From contig JAIZWK010000001.1 of assembly GCA_021498095.1 (NCBI GenBank), positions 1,530,001 to 1,562,000 on the forward strand: a DNA stretch of 32,000 nucleotides. Reading direction: 5' to 3'. Positions 16,211-25,200 of the stretch are shown here, piece after piece (the first letter of the stretch is position 1; the number at the start of each line of letters is the position of its first letter). A model generated the notes under the pieces. The model was not told where the DNA came from. It saw nothing but the letters and a program-made list of their open reading frames with translations, and did no database searches. Origin of the DNA: Candidatus Harpocratesius repetitus (GTDB taxonomy: Archaea; Asgardarchaeota; Lokiarchaeia; Sigyniarchaeales; Promethearchaeaceae). A program made the translations under genes and the position numbers.

Positions 16211-19111
16211 ATGGAGACTCAAGAAATGACTGAAGTCCAAGAAGTGCAAGAAGAACCCCAAACTCCTTGGTGGGCAATGTCCATACAAGATGTTGAGGCA
16301 AAACTTGATACTTCAGTATCGACTGGGTTATCTGCTGCTGAAGCACAAGCACGCTTAGAGAAATATGGTCCAAATGAATTACAAGCTAAAGAAAAAAGAC
16401 CTCGTTGGAAGGTTTTTTTGGATCAATTTAAAGATGTACTCATTTATATCTTAATTCTTTCAGCAATTGCTTCAGCTGTTTTAAACCTTATTGATAAAGG
16501 CACTTTAGGCGATGATTGGATAGTAATCGCTGTAATTGTAATTTTAAATGCAATTATTGGCTATATTCAAGAAGGGAAAGCAGATTCAGCGATAGAGGCG
16601 CTTATGAACTTTGCAGCTCCCGAAGCTCAAATAATTCGGGATGGAAAAGAAATAACAGTCAAAGCAAGGGATATAGTCCCAGGTGATATTCTTCTAATTC
16701 ATGAAGGTGATATGATCGCAGCAGATGCTCGAATCATTGAAGCTTCTAACTTAAAAGCTGAAGAAGCAGCTCTAACTGGAGAAAGCGTTCCTGTAAATAA
16801 ACATGCAGAGATTTTAGAAGAAGACACTCCTTTGGCTGAACGAAAAAATCTTGTTTTTGCTTCAACTCTCTGTACATATGGACGAGGAAAAGCGATTGTA
16901 ACCCAAACTGGAATGACTACAGAAGTTGGGAAAATAGCAGAAATGATTTCTGAAGTTGAGCAAAAATTAACGCCACTTCAACAAAATCTTGAAAAATTTG
17001 GTGGTTTTCTAGGAAAAATAATTTTAATTATATGTGCTTTAGTTTCAGTTATTTATATTCTTCAAGGTGAGTATTGGGTAGATTCCATTTTATCCGGTGT
17101 AGCTCTTGCGGTAGCTGCAATTCCTGAAGGTTTGCCTGCAGTTGTAACAACTTGCTTAGCAATTGGTGTCACTCGAATGTCAAATCGAAATGCTATTATT
17201 AAGAAATTGCATTCTGTTGAAACACTAGGTTGCACAAGTGTAATCTGCTCTGATAAAACTGGGACACTTACTAAAAATGAAATGACTGTTCGTTCAATTT
17301 GGGCTGGTCAGAAAATTTATGATGTTACTGGGTCTGGTTATGATCCAAATGGTGAATTTTTGCTTAACGAGTCAAAAATCGATCCCCTTTCACTTCCAGA
17401 TTTAGAAATGACATTAAGGATAGGATTACTTTGCAATAATGCGCGTTTAAACCAAAATGAGCAAAATAAAAAATGGAATACATTTGGTGATCCAACAGAA
17501 GGTTGCCTCATTACATCTGCATGGAAAGCTGGATTAGTTCCAGAAGAAATTGCTAAGAAATATCCTCGTATTGATGAGATTCCTTTTGATTCCAGTAGAA
17601 AACGAATGACAACCATCCATAAAGTTGATGGAAAAGAAATGGCTTATATTAAAGGAGCAACAGAGATATTACTTGATTTGTGTGATAATATTCAAGTAAA
17701 TGGTCAAGTTCGTCCAATTACAGAAGAAGATAAGAAGGAGATCTTGAAAGCATATGAAGAAAAAGCCTCTCAAGCTCTACGTGGATTAGGATTTGCTTAT
17801 CGAGAAGCAGATGGAATAGAACATACAATTGAAGATATGGAACAGCATCTAACTTTTGTTGGAATGCAGTTTATGATTGATCCTCCACGAGAAGAAGTAA
17901 AACAAGCTATAAAAGAATGTCGACAAGCCGGAATTGGTGTTAAAATGATTACCGGAGACAATCTTATCACTGCTGTTGCAATTGCAGAAGAATTGGGTAT
18001 TATTAAACCAGGAGATGTTGCTTATCAAGGAAAAGATATTCCGAATTTAAGTGAAGATGAAATTGTAGCATGCAATGTTTTTGCACGAGTTTCTCCTGAA
18101 CATAAAATGAACATTGTTTCTGCTCTCCAAAACAAAGGTGCTGTCGCTGCTATGACCGGTGATGGTGTGAATGATGCACCTGCTTTAAAGAATGCCCATG
18201 TAGGTGTCGCTATGGGTATAACAGGAACCGATGTTTCTAAAGAAGCTGCAGTAATGGTCTTAGCCGACGATAATTTTGCAACAATTGTAAATGCTGTTGA
18301 AGAAGGTCGAGGAATTTATGATAACATCAAGAAATTTATTCAATATTTGTTATCTTCAAACATCATGGAAGTTTTGGTTTTATTATTCGCTTCTATCATT
18401 GGAATTCATCCTCCCTTAGTTGCCACTCAATTGTTATGGATTAATTTAGTCACTGATGGTGCTCCTGCATTAGCTTTAGGATTTGATCCTTATGATCCAA
18501 CATTGATGAAACAAAAGCCACGTCCGTTAGAAGAACCACTCCTAACTAAAAATTTTGTCATTACTATGATATATCGGGGTGTTATTCTAACAATATTGAT
18601 ATTAGGTATATATATAATATATGATACTGTGCCTTTCTTCGAACCAAAATATGTACCTGACGCACATGAAGCATTAGTAATTAATTTTGAAGGTTTTCCA
18701 AATAAAAATGCATGGTTAACCTACATTGGAAATCAATTCCCTGATTTTACAACGGTTCAAATAGAAGCTGAATACCAAAAAGAATTGCTAGATGCTTATA
18801 TCAAATGGTATGCACGTTCTGTGACATTCCTTGCAATGATGTTTGCGGAGATGGCAAATGCTTACAATTGTAGGAGTGAATACCAATCTTTATTCACAAT
18901 TGGTTTGTTTACAAATAAATTTATGTTGTATTCTGTTTCAGCTTCTATTTTATTGACTTTTCTACTCTATTTCTGGCGCGGTTTAGGAAATATCTTTTCA
19001 GTCATTCCAATGCGTTTGATTGATTGGATGTGGATTATACCTACAGTAGTTGTTACAATAGGGGCTGTTGAATTACTTAAAATATATTTCCGTAAACAAA
19101 TGAATCTTTAA
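16211..19111 (+). CDS. P2A-type (SERCA-like) Ca2+-transporting P-type ATPase
   Basis: LTGES, [16 protein letters not shown] (phosphorylated Asp), GDPTE, [37 protein letters not shown] and EMANA. Confidence 0.95.
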   Translation: [966 protein letters not shown]

Positions 19112-19112
19112 G

Positions 19113-19140
19113 TATTTTGCTTTTTTTCTTTATTTTTTTA
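19113..19140 (+). terminator. oligo-T tract, likely archaeal intrinsic terminator of the ATPase gene
   Basis: TATTTTGCTTTTTTTCTTATTTTTTTA directly after the stop codon. Confidence 0.45.
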
Positions 19141-19149
19141 TATTTATCG

Positions 19150-19287
19150 ATCGACTCATAATTAATTTTTCTAAAGTTCATTTCTGCTGACTGAATTATT
19201 ATTTGGATAAATTTGATTAATATCGGAAAATGAAAGATGAAAATGATAATTCTGTCAAAAATAAAGAAGTTGTTAAAACCTCTTAAA
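19150..19287 (-). repeat. 138-bp dispersed intergenic repeat, copy A
   Basis: Ungapped match of 119/138 nt (86%) to the reverse complement of 31733-31870, counted by hand. Confidence 0.9.
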
Positions 19288-19323
19288 TTAAAATTAAAAA
19301 AAAAATTAACAATTGTAATTCTA

Positions 19324-20043
19324 TTATGTAGAATATGCAATAAGATAGGTTCTTGCAGAATCATGAACCTCGCTTGGTGCACAAGCCCAATAATAATCCC
19401 AACCACTCCAACCTGGATCAGCATCAATTGTATTTGTATTTGAATCACTGTTATCATATCTATAATCCCAGGGATTACCAGGAGCACCATCCAATGCCCA
19501 ATCATATGCCTTTGCAGCTAATTCAGAGCAGTACATGGATTTATATGTACTCATACCATACAAATAGTTATAATCATATTCAGTTTTGGCACCCCAAGTC
19601 CAATAATCTCGAAACCATGATGTTTCCCAAGCCCCAGTAGCATATGCATTTGCATATTCCAAAACTTTTGCACGATGCCAGTTGGTAGCTCCATAAACTC
19701 CAAGAATTTCTGCTTCATCTGCTTTATTCAAGCGGGAACAGTCATTAAATACAACACCATCAGGTGTTGCTTCTATTACGAAATATCCCCAATGTGAATA
19801 CCCAGCTTCTGAATCATAGTGGTGTGAATAACCCAAATAAATTGCTACGTGATCCCAATAGCCTGGAATTAGATCTTCATATTTTCCTCCCGCAGTAAGA
19901 ATTAAATCCCCTGGTCGAGCAATTCCTGGAATATCAAGGGCATTTCCATCTCCTTCATCCCCAAAAGCTACTACATTATTAAAATTTGAACACATACCGA
20001 GGATAAAAAGTGCTGCTAGAAGATACTTTTTTTTTAATTTCAT
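19324..20043 (-). CDS. secreted permuted papain-like NlpC/P60 (YiiX/YebB-like) cysteine hydrolase
   Basis: RPGDLIL, WDHVAIY (His), VIEATPDGV, YDY and MYCSELAAKAY (Cys located after His = permuted order). Signal peptide MKLKKKYLLAALFILGM. Start moved to ATG 20043 because GGAGGA (20051-20056, minus strand) lies 7 nt upstream. Confidence 0.82.
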   Translation of the reverse strand: MKLKKKYLLAALFILGMCSNFNNVVAFGDEGDGNALDIPGIARPGDLILTAGGKYEDLIPGYWDHVAIYLGYSHHYDSEAGYSHWGYFVIEATPDGVVFNDCSRLNKADEAEILGVYGATNWHRAKVLEYANAYATGAWETSWFRDYWTWGAKTEYDYNYLYGMSTYKSMYCSELAAKAYDWALDGAPGNPWDYRYDNSDSNTNTIDADPGWSGWDYYWACAPSEVHDSARTYLIAYST

Positions 20044-20086
20044 AATATAATCCTCCAAATTTTTTAAAAAAAAATTTTAAATTTCT

Positions 20087-20110
20087 TGTGAATGATAGAA
20101 AATATTCACA
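20087..20110. promoter_or_regulatory. palindrome TGTGAAT-N10-ATTCACA in the divergent promoter region
   Basis: Perfect 7-bp arms between the divergent NlpC/P60 and GTPase genes. Confidence 0.4.
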
Positions 20111-20293
20111 GTAAACTTGATCAAACATTTGTTTTTGTAATTTATAAAAATTAAGAAATTTCTTCAAATAAAGCAAATTTGTTTGAAAATCTCTTGTTTT
20201 GTCAATTTGCTGGAATTTTAGAAAATCAAAAGTGGATGCAAAAGCTTAATAGAATAAATTGGATCTAATTGATAATAGACTTAAGATTTCAAA

Positions 20294-21370
20294 ATGGGAT
20301 TCAAGTTTATTTCCCAACTCGAGGATATTCCTATGGAAGAGACAGTAAAAAAAATCGAGATATTACTTTATAATTATTTTCAAGCTTGCATTGATATGAT
20401 GGAAGCTGTTTATGTTTTTCATCGTGATGGAGAATTAATTGCAAAAAAATTGTCTGAATCACCTGAAACATTAATATCTGAGGATAATCTCTATAGTGGA
20501 GTTGCTGAAATTGTAGATCAAACTCTCAAACGTATAAAATCTCAATATCCAGGTAGTTTTGGAACAAGTACATTTGAAACAAATGAACATCGATTAGTAT
20601 TTATTGAATGTGGTCAAAATGCCATTATGCTTTCTGTTTTTAAATTAGAGACTCTACTTTCAAAAGTAATACCATATGGTTTTTTAGTTGCTGAAAAAGT
20701 TGCTCGTTTGATAGATGGACCAGAATTAATGGTTGATTTGACAGTTCCAAATTTATTCTTAGGATATGAACTTTCATTCGATCCTTCTGTTGCAAATTAT
20801 CCTTATATTGAATTTAATGTCGATCCCGAGCAAGCTCAGAAAGAAATCCATTTTAAATTATGCGTTATCGGAGAACCTGCTGTAGGAAAAACGACTCTAA
20901 TTTATCAATTTGTTCATGGTAAATTTTTAGAAGATTATAAACCGACCTTAGGAATATCAATAACTAATCAAGTATATAATTTGCAAGGTTTCAAACAAAA
21001 TCAACTAAATTTTATGATTTGGGACGTTGCAGGGCAGAAATTTTTTCAACGTGTTAGAAAATACTATTATCAAGGCGCAAATGTGGCATTTATTTGCTAT
21101 GATGTTACCCGTCGAGAATCATTTGATCGAGTTGAGTTTTGGTATCAAGATATTCGAAGCGTGCTTCCAGGGATTCCATTAGTAATTATAGGGAATAAAA
21201 TTGATCTTTTGGAAGATCGACAAGTCTCTCATATGGAAGGAGAACAATTGGCTCGACGTTTACATTGTTCTTTTATTGAAACAAGTGCTAAGAGTGGTGA
21301 ATATGTAAAAGATGCTTTTTCAATTGTAGGAATTGGTTTGTTTTTCAAATTGTTTACAGCAAAAAGATAA
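20294..21370 (+). CDS. roadblock/LC7 (MglB-like) domain fused to a Rab-like small GTPase
   Basis: N-terminal roadblock-type pattern (VYVFHRDGELIA...FGTSTFETNEHRLVFIECGQNAIMLSVF...AEKVARLI). C-terminal G1 GEPAVGKT, G2 YKPT, G3 WDVAGQ, G4 GNKID and G5 ETSAK; YYYQGA and CYDVT resemble RabF motifs. Confidence 0.88.
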   Translation: MGFKFISQLEDIPMEETVKKIEILLYNYFQACIDMMEAVYVFHRDGELIAKKLSESPETLISEDNLYSGVAEIVDQTLKRIKSQYPGSFGTSTFETNEHRLVFIECGQNAIMLSVFKLETLLSKVIPYGFLVAEKVARLIDGPELMVDLTVPNLFLGYELSFDPSVANYPYIEFNVDPEQAQKEIHFKLCVIGEPAVGKTTLIYQFVHGKFLEDYKPTLGISITNQVYNLQGFKQNQLNFMIWDVAGQKFFQRVRKYYYQGANVAFICYDVTRRESFDRVEFWYQDIRSVLPGIPLVIIGNKIDLLEDRQVSHMEGEQLARRLHCSFIETSAKSGEYVKDAFSIVGIGLFFKLFTAKR

Positions 21371-21441
21371 TAACTAAAGCTGAACTTTTTTACGGAAGAA
21401 GAAAAGAAATTATTTTTTACCATCGCACCTTAATATTCACT

Positions 21442-22149
21442 ATGGCAACCGTGGAAGAAATTCTATCTCGGGCAAAAAATGACAACCGCACCGTTTTAAC
21501 TGAATTTGAATCCAAAGAATTATTAAATATAATTGGAATTCCAATCCCTTCTCAAAAACTAGTTCCAGTCTCTGAAGGACTTGAGAAAATATTGGAAGCA
21601 TGCTCTCAAATCGGGTATCCTGTGGTTATGAAATTAATGAGTGATAAAATTGTACACAAATCTGATTCTGGAGCCGTAAAATTAAACATTCAATCAGAAT
21701 CTGATGCAAAATCTGCATTTAACGATTTGATGAGTATAGAATGTAATGATGATCAAAAAGCGATTTCTATTCAACAAATGGCAAAACCCCCAATTGCTGA
21801 AATTATTATTGGCTCACTGCAAGATCCTCAGTTTGGAGCAACTGTTATGTTTGGAATTGGTGGTATTTTAGTAGAAGTAATGAAGGATGTTGCTTTTAGG
21901 ATTGCACCAATTTCAGATTTCGATGCTGATGAGATGATTCATGATATTAAGGGTTTTAAGATTTTGGATGGATATCGTGGCAATCCTCCTGCTGATTTAG
22001 ATGCAATCAAAGATACTTTAAAAAAAGTGGCACAACTTGCTTATGATCATCCTGAAATTGCTGAAATGGATCTAAATCCTTTATTTACATATGCAGATGG
22101 TATTTTGGCGGTTGATGCGCGTATTATTTTAAAATCTACTAAAGTATAA
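21442..22149 (+). CDS. acdB: ADP-forming acetate/acyl-CoA synthetase beta subunit (ATP-grasp)
   Basis: LTEFESKELL, GYPVVMK, HKSDSGAVKLNI, DPQFG, MFGIGG, EVMKDVAF, GYRG and MDLNP...AVDARI. Confidence 0.92.
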   Translation: MATVEEILSRAKNDNRTVLTEFESKELLNIIGIPIPSQKLVPVSEGLEKILEACSQIGYPVVMKLMSDKIVHKSDSGAVKLNIQSESDAKSAFNDLMSIECNDDQKAISIQQMAKPPIAEIIIGSLQDPQFGATVMFGIGGILVEVMKDVAFRIAPISDFDADEMIHDIKGFKILDGYRGNPPADLDAIKDTLKKVAQLAYDHPEIAEMDLNPLFTYADGILAVDARIILKSTKV

Positions 22150-22159
22150 TTGTATAAAT

Positions 22160-22196
22160 CTTCATTTTTCAATCTTTTTTTGCGATTTTTTTTTTG
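22160..22196 (+). terminator. oligo-T tract after acdB
   Basis: CTTCATTTTTCAATCTTTTTTTGCGATTTTTTTTT in the 90-bp gap before the giant ORF. Confidence 0.4.
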
Positions 22197-22239
22197 AAAT
22201 ACAAAAATTATAAATCTTTTTGCAATGCAATAATTAATT

Positions 22240-25200
22240 ATGGTGAAAAAAGTAAATATGCGAATTAATCTGAAAAATGTTATTTCTATTTTGATTTTAT
22301 TAGCAATTGTTACAATTCAGATTAACATTCTATTCGTTCCAAATTATCTGAGTGAGAACCAAGATACTGGAGAGAGCCCTTTGATTCCGTTCGAATATGA
22401 AAATAAAGAAATTATGAATCCATTATCTTCCGATTATAATAAGAATTTAACTGCTTCAACTAATAATGTAAAAGTTACTCTTCATCAAGCTTATAATTCC
22501 ACTGCTGTTCAATCTTTTGATGAAGTATCTAATACTTTTAATGTTGCAGCTCCAAATGCAACAAATTTTAATGTTTCGTCATCAAATATTGTAATTAATA
22601 ATATTAAATTGAATAATTATACTAAAATAATAGAAGATGTCAATGTTGATTATAAAACTGTTGGAAATTTAGCATACCTTACTTCATTTTCAATTCCTAT
22701 AAGTTGTATGATTTCTAATTTTAGTTTTTATATAAGAGAATATGCTGGTGTAACAGGTGATGTAAATATCGTTCTTTCTCCAGCAAATTCAACTGATCCA
22801 ACAAAACCAAAATTGGATTATAATAAATTAATTGTATTAGATCAATTGACAATTACTGCTAGTAAAATTGGTTGGGTTGTGAAATCAAATATCAATTATT
22901 TTCTGAACAATTCTTTAACTACTAGTAATACTTGGTTTATTGGTGTAAACTTAACATCAGGAAGTAGCATTAATTTGCGTTGGTATTTCAATCCAGACAC
23001 TTCACCTTCAGAAGATAAAACTTTATCTTATGAATGGGCAGGCGGAAAGTGGTCTCTTTTAAAAGATGGAACATATGATCTTGATCTTACTTCTAAAATA
23101 GGACTAGGTTTTTCAAATCCGAATCATACTCCTTCTCAATTTAATTTGCAAATCAATAATTTGACTGTTTATAATAATCTAAATCATCCTGATTCAAATT
23201 CAGGGTTTTGGAACCATACAGGGTTTGGAAGTGATGGAAGTAATTCCATTAGTTATGTTTTTTCTGGAGATTGGTATGATTATTCCTTACAAGTAAATCA
23301 GACAGAAATAAATTATACAAAAACATTTTATACAAATACATCATATACCGTTGAAAGCGGAGTAAATGCATATTGGACATCTCAAGCCAATTTCACTGCG
23401 TTCGACCACCGACTGAATAATAATACCATCAATTTTACCATTCCATTAAGCTGGACTGTAACTTCATTAAAAAGAAATACGACAACAATTTCATATTCCA
23501 CATATACAAATAGTTCTAATAAAATAATAACTGTTTTTGGCTCTGATGCCATCGATGGTAATTGGACTTTGAAATCTCAGTCGTCTAATCTTATTTCTTC
23601 CGTTAAAGTTGGAAGAAGCGGAAAGGAGATAACTTTAGCATATTCTAATGAGACAATCACTTTTAATGCAACTTTCTCCAAGTCTATTAGTGGTACTGTA
23701 AATTTATCGGTATATAACCCTTCAGATCTTGGAAATGAGTTAAATTATACAAAAGAAGTATCAATTAATGATGCTACTTCTGTGGACTTTGGATCATGGA
23801 TTATATCGCAAAATATAACTAATTATGGTGAATTTAGAGTCCAAGTTTACTGGGAAAATTCAACTGATTTAGGGATTCATGATACAACCATTTTCATTGC
23901 AGGTGCAACTGAATATTCTCTTCTTACTACCAATAATACTGAATATCTAAATTCCGGTTCACCATTTAACATATCTCTTTATTACACAGATGTTATGAAA
24001 GGAATAAATGTAACTGGGGCAACATTAGAATATAATCTTAATTTGGGAAATGGCTGGCAAAATGATGCCACTCAATCAAATGCAGATAAAACTTATAATA
24101 TAACTGTTGATCCAACTCAATATTCTGTAGGCTATCATGAAATACCCATTCATCTTAACAAATCCAAGTACATGAATTATTCAATTTCATACGGTTTTTA
24201 TGTTGTAAATAACACTCAACTTTATGAGTATACTCAAGCTAATTCTCTTACTGCCATCCGTGGGCAAAATACAACATATATCTTTAATTTTAATCAGACC
24301 TGGCAAGATACTCCAATCGCTGGTGCAACGATTTCTGTTAACTCTTTACAAACAGGATTAGTTTGGAGTTATTCAGATGATGGAAGTGGAAATTACACAA
24401 TTCGAATTAATTCTTCACAAGTTAATGTAGACACTTATACATGTGATTTTAAGATTTCTAAAACGGACTATAGAACCCAGAATTTCCAATTTGATATTAC
24501 AGTGGTTCAAGCCCAAACTTCGATTGAATTTATTAATCAGACAAATAATATAAAACGAATAAGCGATCTAAATTTTACAACCTATGTAAGAGTTAAAGAT
24601 ACTGATAATAATTGGAATGTGGGAGGAATTACTCCAGGATCTTTAACTGTGTTGAATATTACTGGTACTGAAACCATATGGAATACCGATGAAGCATCAG
24701 ATTGGCGTTTATGGGAAGTGGGTGATGGAATTTATGGAGTTAATATAAGTTTAGGATCAACTGGTGTCAATCGCATTGATTTTGGGAATTATTCGATTAG
24801 ATTGAATATAAGTTATTCTCCAAATTATAATTGGAGTACACTTGATCTATCATTTCATGTTTTAGGTAATTCTACTTCAATTATATTACTTGAAGTAAAC
24901 GATGGCTCTGAGAATTATTACAATGGGAGCGCATTAGCAGAATCACCAGTGAATACTTATCATATTCTTCAAAATCCCACAGGTTCAGTAGAATTTGCAT
25001 TACATTTTGATTATATCGACACTGATAACAGTAATTCTGAAATAAATTTTGCCGGTGTTCGTTATTGGGCTTTATTAAATAGTTCTACTTCATTAGAAAC
25101 AACTACATTTGTTTACTTACAATCGCAATATCATCATGGTCATCTAACTCTACCAGAGTCATTAGCTGTTGGAACATATGAAATCGAAATAATTACAGGA

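Noticed and set aside
19150-19287. Classic MITE or IS element
   Set aside because: No terminal inverted repeats, no evident target-site duplication and no transposase in the window; kept only as an unexplained repeat.
19077-19505. ORFs 19077-19505(-) and 19237-19443(+), and their look-alikes 31598-31807(-) and 31641-31886(+), as a duplicated small-protein family
   Set aside because: The peptide similarity comes from the 138-bp DNA repeat; mismatches show no third-position bias and are mostly non-synonymous.
19324-20043. NlpC/P60 gene as a recent horizontal insert because it looks GC-richer
   Set aside because: Spot counts of about 35-45% GC look no higher than the thiolase gene by eye and are explained by Gly/Ala/Trp/Pro content.
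20294-20320. Arf-like N-myristoylation signal (MGFKF) on the GTPase
   Set aside because: It lacks Ser/Thr at position 6, the G domain is about 185 aa away, and no N-myristoyltransferase is expected in archaea.
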